Below, in pieces: positions 14,783-22,611 of a stretch of DNA of 64,000 bases. The translations under genes were made by a program, and so were the position numbers. Source of the DNA: a virus. Taxonomy: Duplodnaviria > Heunggongvirae > Uroviricota > Caudoviricetes. Each line of letters starts with the position of its first letter. Within the stretch, counting starts at the first letter, position 1. The notes under the pieces were generated by a model that saw only the letters and a list, made by a program, of their open reading frames with translations, did not search any database and had not been told where the DNA came from. The stretch lies in IMG/VR virus record IMGVR_UViG_3300037418_001222. One strand, 5' to 3'.

Positions 14783-14958
14783 TCTATAAACTCCTTTAGA
14801 AGTTCTATAACTACTGGAATTTGATACTCCCAGAGTTTATAAGAATCGCCGAGCCTATTTCGAGTTTCTTCGGTAACTGCCCAACCGGTTCCATCTGGAT
14901 CGATGCCTTTTACTTTACACACTCTTCGCGCATAATGTTCAATGTCACTATTAGCCAA
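14779..14958 (-). CDS. Hypothetical protein, about 59 aa
   Basis: Track ORF trimmed to the TTG at 14958 (GGAG SD 7 nt upstream), removing most of the overlap with the upstream gene. Confidence 0.55.
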   Translation of the reverse strand: MANSDIEHYARRVCKVKGIDPDGTGWAVTEETRNRLGDSYKLWEYQIPVVIELLKEFID

Positions 14959-16204
14959 AGAAATTCTCCAATGATGCTGATTGATTTCCAACCTCTTTAG
15001 AGATTGGAGCGGAAGCTCTAGCGTGTGCTGCTTGTGGATTACTTCGAAGTCTACAAAAAACGTTAAATTGGCAACTGCCAATCTCGATTCCAAAGGTAGT
15101 AAATCTACCTAGTTCTGTAGCTTCTGAGTGATACTTATAATCCAAGTCACTAGAAATGTCAAGGAATTTATGCTGCATATCTCTGATCTGAAGGATCAGA
15201 TGCATAGTGGTCTTTGGGTTGATCGCTACAGTAGGAAAGAGATTTTTAAGAGTAGCGGATGCGCCTGGACCAGCCACCACAAAATTAGCGTCTTCATCAA
15301 GTTCTCCATGTTCAATACCTAACTTATCGAATTCATATTTATGTTCTACTTCGATAATAGAAGAGCTACCAACACCCGGCATTCGAGACAGATTAGAAGA
15401 GAAGTGGTACCCGTAGTATGGTCCTATTCCTCTCAATGCAGTCAGATACTCATATGATCCCTGCATTGTTGGCTTTGTCTTATAGAATCTGCTCCATTCA
15501 GGAGTAAGACTCTTCAACCAAGCGATCATATCAGAAGTTCTCATCTTTCTCTGAGTATGATCTGAATTTGGCTCAATTATGACTCTATTATTGAAAGTAA
15601 GACCTCTACGATCTATGATAGTTCCATTAGCTCTAGCATAATTTCTAGATGCTATTTGTAGCGAAGTTCTAAGTTCAGTAGTTCCCCAGAGCTGTTCCTT
15701 ATGATGAGAGGCGAGCTCTATATTCCTCATGAGGGTGTATTCGTATTCCTCATCCTCTTGAATTCGTTTGAAATCAATGTACGGTAATTCTGTCCGAACC
15801 ACGTATGGTAGATCAGATACGTGTCCTGTGATGATGGAAAGGGTTCTAGAAGGACCGTAGAACTTAACAATGGCTGAGTTAACGAGTTTGTTTTCGAACG
15901 AGACTTCAGGTCGGAAATAGAGATTTGAATTAAGCCAGATGATCTCGTCGTGGAATGAACGATTGGGGTGGAAATATGGTATTGGTCTCCCGTCAATGAC
16001 AAATCCAGTACCGAAGTGTTCTTGATGTTGGTATCCCGACTTAACGTAATCTTCAAAGGTTTCATGAGTCTTCCCAATTCGTACACACCATTCTCTCTTA
16101 TTGAACTCTCTAATGAATGATCCGAATTGTTTTCTTACATCGTGATCACATATCTTCCAAAAATCAGAACCATCTAGAGATAAAGCTTCTTGTGTAGTCA
16201 ACAT
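14951..16204 (-). CDS. Divergent aGPT-Pplase clade-1 / 5-hmdU DNA kinase-like helical protein
   Basis: LTALRGIGPYYGYHFSSNL, FVVAGPGA and IEIGSCQF resemble the family's GIG.F..Y...Dl, GPGA and E..lCE motifs; ends SASLENFFG. Confidence 0.55.
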   Translation of the reverse strand: MLTTQEALSLDGSDFWKICDHDVRKQFGSFIREFNKREWCVRIGKTHETFEDYVKSGYQHQEHFGTGFVIDGRPIPYFHPNRSFHDEIIWLNSNLYFRPEVSFENKLVNSAIVKFYGPSRTLSIITGHVSDLPYVVRTELPYIDFKRIQEDEEYEYTLMRNIELASHHKEQLWGTTELRTSLQIASRNYARANGTIIDRRGLTFNNRVIIEPNSDHTQRKMRTSDMIAWLKSLTPEWSRFYKTKPTMQGSYEYLTALRGIGPYYGYHFSSNLSRMPGVGSSSIIEVEHKYEFDKLGIEHGELDEDANFVVAGPGASATLKNLFPTVAINPKTTMHLILQIRDMQHKFLDISSDLDYKYHSEATELGRFTTFGIEIGSCQFNVFCRLRSNPQAAHARASAPISKEVGNQSASLENFFG

Positions 16205-16379
16205 ATGTTCTTTTCATTCCTAATTCTTCTTTCAATCTACAAATTTCAAGAAACTGACCTTGAGTGCATCTTCCTTCTCTTTTAATTTTTGCTTCTAATT
16301 TTCTTAGAGCTTTTAACTTATTTCTATTCTGAGGTAGATTCCAAGGTTTTTGGTCCATGCCATACATTCTCTTTATCAA
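16164..16379 (-). CDS. Possible small basic hypothetical protein
   Basis: ORF track; covers the 120-nt gap but overlaps both neighbours. Confidence 0.35.
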   Translation of the reverse strand: MIKRMYGMDQKPWNLPQNRNKLKALRKLEAKIKREGRCTQGQFLEICRLKEELGMKRTYVDYTRSFISRWF

Positions 16380-16728
16380 CTAGGTCATGAACAATTCTCA
16401 CGACTTTAACTCTAGGGCACTCTTCTTCAATAATTAGAGCCTGAACTTCATCATCCTCAAAGTGGATTTTAATATCGTATCCAACATCTAAAAGATGATT
16501 TAGAGTTCTAGCCTTATGCTTTCCAGACTTTTCTCTAGTCTTGCTCTCGAATGCTACTGGAGAATAGAAGACCTTGTTATGAATATCCTGATGATCTAAC
16601 CAGTAGTCAGTGTATTCTTTCTCGTCAAGAGATCTACCGGTGATAATTACATCTTTAGGTCCTGGACGAAGACCGTTGTAATTATCACCAAGATAGATTA
16701 CACCATCGATATCGTATGAGTTAATCAC
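16324..16728 (-). CDS. HAD-superfamily phosphatase (capless)
   Basis: DIDGV (I), ITGRS (II), K (III), FEDD (IV). Confidence 0.85.
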   Translation of the reverse strand: MINSYDIDGVIYLGDNYNGLRPGPKDVIITGRSLDEKEYTDYWLDHQDIHNKVFYSPVAFESKTREKSGKHKARTLNHLLDVGYDIKIHFEDDEVQALIIEEECPRVKVVRIVHDLVDKENVWHGPKTLESTSE

Positions 16729-17119
16729 GATCTCTTACTTCAGTTGTAGGAGTATATGGAAATGTTACGTCTACTCGGCTCTCATAGTTTGTGACACAAC
16801 ATCCATCTGGATCTCTCCAAACAATTCCTTCAATATCATATGCTCGACCATTTTCTTTGAACACTCGAGGAGATCTTTTATTCTGATATAGATTCTCTCC
16901 GACCTCATTCCATTCAGAATCTTCACCAGTTAACGGCGTGAGAGGTTCAAATCTCATTAGCTTCTCAACGATCTGAGTTGTAAGTCCCGCAGAAAATCCA
17001 GAGTGACCCTGATTAGCAAACACTCTAACTAGTTCTAGAGCAGCGTCAGCGATCATGTTATTATATTCATCACCTCGAAAAGACTCGAGTTCTTTTTCAG
17101 CATATTCAACTAAGCTCAT
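16721..17119 (-). CDS. Conserved phage hypothetical protein
   Basis: AEKEL...F..QGHSGFSA...EPLTPLTGEDSEWNEV pattern. Confidence 0.75.
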   Translation of the reverse strand: MSLVEYAEKELESFRGDEYNNMIADAALELVRVFANQGHSGFSAGLTTQIVEKLMRFEPLTPLTGEDSEWNEVGENLYQNKRSPRVFKENGRAYDIEGIVWRDPDGCCVTNYESRVDVTFPYTPTTEVRDRD

Positions 17120-17163
17120 ATTTTCTTCTTTCTACAGTTATTTCCATGCCATCTCCCATATGC

Positions 17164-18354
17164 TTAGGCAACTTGTGATGTAAGTGCTTCTCTGACATTC
17201 TTCACTGGGAGGTTATTAGCAATAAGAGTTGGGGTTAACCTACGTTCGGCTAGAGCCTTGCACTCCTCGTATGCATCTTGGATCATCATTTGTTCGATTG
17301 GTGTCTTCTGAGTTGCAGCGGATGGGCCACGAAGAGAACCGACAAGTCCAAGTTCTCTAGCGACTTGTAAAAATCTTAGAGCGTCGATAACCACCCCGGC
17401 AGAGTTTGGCGAATCTTGGACAGACAGTCGAGCGTCGAATATGACTGGAGCTCCTCCGAAGCCTTCAGCTTCGATTCTGAAATGTGCGACCTTATTATCT
17501 CCATGGTACGCAATATAGCTTGATGGTCCTGCATAGATTCCATTCTTAGGGACTGGGATTCCTCGAATATCATTCTGGCTCCTGATTACGTTTTCTTTAG
17601 ATATCTTCTTTGAAGCAAGACGGCTCTGATCCATCATGTTGAGGAAGTCAGTGTTTCCACCATGGTTAGTCTGTTCATGGAACTTAACCTGCATTCCACG
17701 ATTGAAGAAGAGTTCCTGAAGCGCCTGACTTAGAACAGAAGCTCCGAGCTGAGAGCGCATATCATCACCAATCGCTGGAATTCCTGCTTCTTTAATTCGA
17801 GCTTCCCACTTAGGATCAGATACGATGAAGACTGGAATACAGTTTACGAATGGAACCTTAGCCTCAAGACAACCCTCAACATAGAACTCAGTAGCTTCCT
17901 GAGATCCGACTGGAAGATAATTTAGAAGGACATCGACCTTGTGGTCTTTTAGATCCTTAACTAGTTGTTCATGAGTGAGTTGCTCTGAAACTTCATCAAT
18001 ACGGAAAGCTTCATCCTCATCATAGTCAATCATGTGAGGGGCAACTCCGTCAAGAACGGCTCCCATCTTTACATATGTACTTCCTGTCACATCAAGAAGA
18101 TCTTCTTGATCGACATTGAAATTCATAGCACAGTTTGGTTTTTGGCTAATAGCAGCAGATAGATGTCTACCGACTTTACGTGGGTCCACGTCATAGGCAA
18201 GCACGAACTCGATGTTCTCTGCCTTATATCCACCAATTTCTGGAAATGCGAGACCGTCTGTCTGACCGGTCTTAGAGTAGAGAGCGACTCCCTCTACGAG
18301 AGATTTAAAACAATTGCCCACACCAACGGCGGCAACACGAATTTTATTTTGCAT
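17164..18354 (-). CDS. ino1: myo-inositol-1-phosphate synthase
   Basis: VGVGNCFKSLVEG NAD-binding start, LNYLPVGS, FVNCIPVFI, GDDMRSQLGA, NHGGNTDFLNM, GDNK, LSVQDSPNSAGVVIDA. Confidence 0.93.
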   Translation of the reverse strand: MQNKIRVAAVGVGNCFKSLVEGVALYSKTGQTDGLAFPEIGGYKAENIEFVLAYDVDPRKVGRHLSAAISQKPNCAMNFNVDQEDLLDVTGSTYVKMGAVLDGVAPHMIDYDEDEAFRIDEVSEQLTHEQLVKDLKDHKVDVLLNYLPVGSQEATEFYVEGCLEAKVPFVNCIPVFIVSDPKWEARIKEAGIPAIGDDMRSQLGASVLSQALQELFFNRGMQVKFHEQTNHGGNTDFLNMMDQSRLASKKISKENVIRSQNDIRGIPVPKNGIYAGPSSYIAYHGDNKVAHFRIEAEGFGGAPVIFDARLSVQDSPNSAGVVIDALRFLQVARELGLVGSLRGPSAATQKTPIEQMMIQDAYEECKALAERRLTPTLIANNLPVKNVREALTSQVA

Positions 18355-18446
18355 TAATCTGACCTTTCATATCAGTTGTTAACCCAGAGCGGCTCTCGCC
18401 TTTTGGCCTCTTATGAGGGTAGCTGGGAGATACGACCAACGTATCT
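18355..18446 (-). promoter_or_regulatory. Structured 5' leader of ino1
   Basis: AGATACG/CGTATCT hairpin, then a CCCAG/CTGGG stem enclosing short hairpins. Confidence 0.4.
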
Positions 18447-18449
18447 ATT

Positions 18450-18743
18450 TTATTTATAGTGATTGTAATTTTTGGCGATATCGCTTTGAAGAATGGCTAA
18501 TACACGACTCCTTCTTGCTTCTCTAGAATTTGTTGCTGGCCATTTATTCCAAGCATATTGATTAGCATAAAATGCGTCATTTACTAGAGTCCAAAGAGGA
18601 TCGTTTCTATCTTCTCTTTCAAACGTTAGAAATTGAGCAATAAATTGCTCTTGTAATTCTAAAGGGTCTAAAATAATTTCGATAATTTTATCGTACTCTC
18701 TTTGAGTCAATCCCTTTTTCTGTTCTTCTAATTTTTCATTCAT
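18450..18743 (-). CDS. Hypothetical protein, 97 aa
   Basis: ORF track; coupled to its neighbour. Confidence 0.65.
   Translation of the reverse strand: MNEKLEEQKKGLTQREYDKIIEIILDPLELQEQFIAQFLTFEREDRNDPLWTLVNDAFYANQYAWNKWPATNSREARRSRVLAILQSDIAKNYNHYK
18451..18458 (-). promoter_or_regulatory. T4-type late promoter upstream of ino1
   Basis: Exact TATAAATA. Confidence 0.6.
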
Positions 18744-19023
18744 TCAAATATGTCCTGCATTCATCTAAACACTTATTGACAAATTTATCATTTAGATCGA
18801 TTAACCAGACTGCTACTTCAAATGTTCCATCTGACTTCTGAATCCAGAATAAATCTTGCTGTGGGCAGTAAAAGAGTCTATTCATCCTCAATAGATATTC
18901 AGTATTTACTCGACACCCGGCTCCATTTTTAGTTTTGGAATATAGTGAGTGCTTCTGACAAAATCTAATAACTTTGTCGGTAAAACTCTTATTTTCACCC
19001 GGATTTGGTGTTAAGATACTCAC
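18736..19023 (-). CDS. Hypothetical protein, 95 aa, C-terminal helix duplicated from the UDG-like gene
   Basis: ORF track; NDKFVNKCLDECRTYLN versus NDDRFINKCLEECREYLN. Confidence 0.55.
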   Translation of the reverse strand: MSILTPNPGENKSFTDKVIRFCQKHSLYSKTKNGAGCRVNTEYLLRMNRLFYCPQQDLFWIQKSDGTFEVAVWLIDLNDKFVNKCLDECRTYLNE

Positions 19024-19432
19024 GACATTCTTCTAAACACTTATTGATGAACCTATCATCATTAATTTGTCTATTAAGGGGAGATGGATGGGGTAGCTTG
19101 AAGTGGTCTATGCCGGCCTTCATTAGAGCCTCAGCGGCAAAATTCCCCAAGGCAACTACCCTAGGAAACTTATATAGGGCTTTCCTCAAATTGTCAAGGT
19201 TTACTTGTGAGACTTTGCATTTTCCTGGGTGTGGATAAGCATTCATGAATGTAAAAGTATCAAGACCTAACTTTTCTACCCAATCATTCAAGCGAGGGAA
19301 GGTGTTCTTTCCCTTTGCAGCTTTGGCTGATGGATTCTGACCTACAAAAGCTACGATATCTGTAGAAGCTTCATAAACCAATTCCACGCTCTTGAGACCC
19401 TCGAGGGTTGATCCAATTTCAATATCTGACAT
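18995..19432 (-). CDS. Uracil-DNA glycosylase superfamily protein
   Basis: FVGQNP (motif A), VVALG..A and LPHPSPLN (motif B). Confidence 0.75.
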   Translation of the reverse strand: MSDIEIGSTLEGLKSVELVYEASTDIVAFVGQNPSAKAAKGKNTFPRLNDWVEKLGLDTFTFMNAYPHPGKCKVSQVNLDNLRKALYKFPRVVALGNFAAEALMKAGIDHFKLPHPSPLNRQINDDRFINKCLEECREYLNTKSG

Positions 19433-19881
19433 TAGTCTATACCAATATCTACTTCTACGATTTCAATTCCGGCCTCAGTGAAATAAGCCTTAGTCTTATT
19501 CACCGATTCCAACCAACGATCATATAATCTTTCAGGAAGAACTGGAGCTACAACTCTATTAATTCCAGCTTGGATCATGTGAACGGCGCACCTGTCACAA
19601 GATAAGAATGGCCAGGTGTAGAGAGTGCATCCTTTAACAGACCTCTGAGCATTCAATACAGCATTCATCTCACAATGAACGATCATTGAGTACTTAGTTG
19701 GTCTATCATTTAGTCTTTCTGGAGTATCTTTGAGACGATGTGGAAAACCATTATATCCTACTGATACGATATGTCTATCTTCGTCTACTATCACCGCTCC
19801 AGTTTGAGTAGACGGATCTTTACTCCAAGTCGAGATTAGTTTTGTTAATTCCAGGAACCGTAAGTCCCAATTCTTTTTCAT
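19432..19881 (-). CDS. cd: dCMP deaminase
   Basis: WSKDPSTQTGAVI, GYNGFP, HCEMNA, SCDRC; start moved to the ATG at 19881. Confidence 0.9.
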   Translation of the reverse strand: MKKNWDLRFLELTKLISTWSKDPSTQTGAVIVDEDRHIVSVGYNGFPHRLKDTPERLNDRPTKYSMIVHCEMNAVLNAQRSVKGCTLYTWPFLSCDRCAVHMIQAGINRVVAPVLPERLYDRWLESVNKTKAYFTEAGIEIVEVDIGID

Positions 19882-20110
19882 CAATTGCATCCATCGTGTT
19901 GTCAAAGATCTTGTGGAAGGCACTCATATCGTGACTACCATCATCCAAGTCTACAAAAACTTGAAGGAATAAGACCACAAGAGCATAGGTCCGTCTCTTG
20001 GGATAGAACGGTGTTGGTCCCTCATATACAACCTTTGGAATCCACTTCCAGTTGAATGGATTCAGGTTGAATCTAAGAGATATATCAGAGTTCTTTAGGT
20101 ATTTCATCAT
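19820..20110 (-). CDS. Hypothetical protein, 96 aa
   Basis: ORF track. Confidence 0.6.
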   Translation of the reverse strand: MMKYLKNSDISLRFNLNPFNWKWIPKVVYEGPTPFYPKRRTYALVVLFLQVFVDLDDGSHDMSAFHKIFDNTMDAIDEKELGLTVPGINKTNLDLE

Positions 20111-20216
20111 CTTTTGTTAATTCCAAAGTAGGAACTTCGTGCATTCTTGCTATGATGATAACTCCAGCATAGACTAAAGCTACAAATCCTATTACGATAA
20201 ATGCTATCATTGTCAT
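20085..20216 (-). CDS. 43-aa single-TM membrane peptide (MTMIAFIVIGFVALVYAGVIIIARMHE...)
   Basis: Read manually; TAATG-coupled to the gp42 stop. Confidence 0.55.
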   Translation of the reverse strand: MTMIAFIVIGFVALVYAGVIIIARMHEVPTLELTKDDEIPKEL

Positions 20217-20869
20217 TAGTTAATCAATCCAAAATGTCTCTCGTAGACGTGAAGGCTTCCGACTTGCCAAATAATATCTCCAGTAGGAACATCTAGTTCT
20301 TTACTAACTTTATTCAGAACATGCTTTGCCCATGACCAATCATTTTTATATCCAAAAACTACGTCATTAGATCTCATGGTTACTACCACGTGAACCTTAC
20401 CATCACGAATTAAATATTGATGAGCATTAGTGCAGATAAAATCACTCATTCCAGCTCGATTATACTCGAACTGAATACTTGGTCTAGTGTAAATCATGAT
20501 TGCTCTTCGAGAATACGGATCTCTTTTAAGAGCCTCTACACAACTCATGAACTGATCACAATTCTCACCTGAGTAGATCAGATATCCGTAATTCGAATTA
20601 ATCTCACCACTTGGAGTAGCAACTTGCTTCCAGATATGAGGAACTGGAGGTGGAATATCATTCACATTGAGAGACTGAGACTCATACCATTGAATCTCTC
20701 TTCTAACATAATCCTCATTAACTGTTCCGAAGATCGCCGGTTCATCTGCTAGAAATGATGCTCCCACCATCTCTACCATCTTACATCCGGTCTTATCGAT
20801 TACGAAGTTCTGTTTCTCGAGTTCCGTCTTGAAGTACGTCCTGATGTCTTGGATTGTTGTTCTCTGCAT
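20216..20869 (-). CDS. gp42: dCMP hydroxymethylase (thymidylate synthase family)
   Basis: Matches T4 gp42 as I recall it: DKTG.K..E..GASF.ADEP.IFG, GEINSNYG, SRR.IMIYTRPS, GMSDF.CTN (catalytic Cys), MRSNDVVFG..ND (cytosine-specifying Asp). Confidence 0.92.
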   Translation of the reverse strand: MQRTTIQDIRTYFKTELEKQNFVIDKTGCKMVEMVGASFLADEPAIFGTVNEDYVRREIQWYESQSLNVNDIPPPVPHIWKQVATPSGEINSNYGYLIYSGENCDQFMSCVEALKRDPYSRRAIMIYTRPSIQFEYNRAGMSDFICTNAHQYLIRDGKVHVVVTMRSNDVVFGYKNDWSWAKHVLNKVSKELDVPTGDIIWQVGSLHVYERHFGLIN

Positions 20870-21609
20870 TCAATTCTCTCTAGATGTTCTTTAATATCTT
20901 CTTCGTATCGATCTCCTATATCCGAAGGAGATCCTGCAACTTCAATCCTATCAATAATATTTGGATTGATCTTTTGCACGCATGTATGTTGTAATGAATC
21001 TGTGCAATTAATCTCCCCATGAGGAATCGTAATTGGACCAACATTAGCTACTTCTTTGGTATATGAAGCGGCTACTCTATTGATCCAACCAGTACCACTT
21101 TCATATTCAGTAGTAAATCCATCCTCTTCAACTTCATTTTCTACAATATTGTTATTCATTAGTATTGTATCATCAAATTTGATATAACTAGCTCTCACAC
21201 CATTAAGAGGATCATCACGAGCATCTACCGCTCGATCATACTCCTCTCGAGTCATTTCTGCTTCAAGTGGAACTGGGCGATTAATCATATCACGATTAAT
21301 ATCTTGACCTTCCATCTTTCCACGAATATATGATACAGCGAAAGAAGCATAGTTGATGAGATCTTTATAAGTGTCCTCTAGGCCTTCGAAATTAGGTTCA
21401 CTCGAATCACCATTCTCATACGTCTCAAGGAGTGACTGAGCTCGTAAGAGCTTCTGAGAGATCATATCATGAATGGTGGATACTCCTCGACGATAGTGCA
21501 TTGCCTGAAGAATATTTGACTTCTCGTTCTGGTAGTCTCTAGACTTCTTGAGCTGAAGTTCGATACATTCTTCAAGTACATGCACTGATTCACGCTTTGC
21601 TGAAGACAT
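20800..21609 (-). CDS. Nucleotide-modification-associated domain 1 (DUF1599)-like protein with a long C-terminal extension
   Basis: ELQLKKSRDY...K..RA..L...EGLEDTYKDLINYASF. Confidence 0.7.
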   Translation of the reverse strand: MSSAKRESVHVLEECIELQLKKSRDYQNEKSNILQAMHYRRGVSTIHDMISQKLLRAQSLLETYENGDSSEPNFEGLEDTYKDLINYASFAVSYIRGKMEGQDINRDMINRPVPLEAEMTREEYDRAVDARDDPLNGVRASYIKFDDTILMNNNIVENEVEEDGFTTEYESGTGWINRVAASYTKEVANVGPITIPHGEINCTDSLQHTCVQKINPNIIDRIEVAGSPSDIGDRYEEDIKEHLERIECREQQSKTSGRTSRRNSRNRTS

Positions 21610-22075
21610 TCTTATATCCTTTATATGCTGAAGGAGATAGGTTCCACATCAATTCAGATGCATTCCTGTCCTGTATTTTACCAATTTCTACAAGATTTGT
21701 CAACCTATAAAATTGGCAATATTGCTTATTGAAGTGATCTCGCCACTCATATCTTCGATTTGTTTCCGGATCTATGAGAGACTCTCGTATAGTTACGTAA
21801 TCTTCCGGAAGATCTGGAACTTCGATGAAGATGAGTCTATCTACGGATTCGCACTTTTTAGATTGTTGTACTGGAAGACAGAAGGCGTTGAACTTATAGA
21901 TTGGAAGTAGAGTCTTAACCTCTACCGTCTTTCCATCTATAATCATATCCTTCTCTGCGTCGAACTTATCCTCACTCATCGTGACTTTAAGTCCTTGATC
22001 TTCAAAGAACCTTCGAACTATTCCCTCACCCACAGCTCCCAAGGCTTCTTTACGTTGCCATGGGGTTAGAGTCAT
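21590..22075 (-). CDS. PD-(D/E)xK nuclease-like protein
   Basis: G..GE...D...EVK motif arrangement. Confidence 0.65.
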   Translation of the reverse strand: MTLTPWQRKEALGAVGEGIVRRFFEDQGLKVTMSEDKFDAEKDMIIDGKTVEVKTLLPIYKFNAFCLPVQQSKKCESVDRLIFIEVPDLPEDYVTIRESLIDPETNRRYEWRDHFNKQYCQFYRLTNLVEIGKIQDRNASELMWNLSPSAYKGYKNVFSKA

Positions 22076-22611
22076 TTGAATAGCTTACCAAAGTCCTTAA
22101 AGTCAATCCTGTCTAGTATTCCATGATTGTCTGAATGATCTGGTGCGGTCCATCCTTCTGGCTTACAGAGGTCTGGAAGTCCTAGAGGATTAGGTCTATT
22201 CGGCTTAATTCCTCGTTCCTTAGCCATATTAGCGTTATGAACTCGATTCCAAGCTTCTTGAGCGTCTACATCAAAACAATCCAGTGTTCCAATAGCGACG
22301 ACACAAAGATCAATCATGGCATCTACGATATCTTCTCCGGATTCGGCATTCTTTGCTTCATCTAATTCTTCTTGCAAGAAGTTAAGTCGGAACTTTAGCA
22401 TCTCACGAAGCATCTCAGGAGTCATCTTGCCGATGGCATCATGAAATCCGAATTTATCGTGCATATCATAGTTATCGAGCCACCATGGTCGATCAATATA
22501 GACCTCCATGTTTTCATCGAAATCTGGTGAGAAGGTAATATCTAGTGGTGGAAGAAAATCATCGATATTGATGATATTACTCTTCTCTTTTTCATTGTCA
22601 TTATCGTTCAT
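22072..22611 (-). CDS. MazG-like / PRA-PH NTP pyrophosphohydrolase (probable dCTPase-type function)
   Basis: RLNFLQEELDE...DAMIDL.VVAIGT...VH.ANMAK...KPEGW.APD. Confidence 0.85.
   Translation of the reverse strand: MNDNDNEKEKSNIINIDDFLPPLDITFSPDFDENMEVYIDRPWWLDNYDMHDKFGFHDAIGKMTPEMLREMLKFRLNFLQEELDEAKNAESGEDIVDAMIDLCVVAIGTLDCFDVDAQEAWNRVHNANMAKERGIKPNRPNPLGLPDLCKPEGWTAPDHSDNHGILDRIDFKDFGKLFK

Noticed and set aside
20216-20869. Calling this gene an ordinary thymidylate synthase or dUMP hydroxymethylase
   Set aside because: Segment-by-segment match to T4 gp42 and the Asp in ...VFGYKND indicate a dCMP substrate; a 5-hydroxylase variant cannot be fully excluded without assay.
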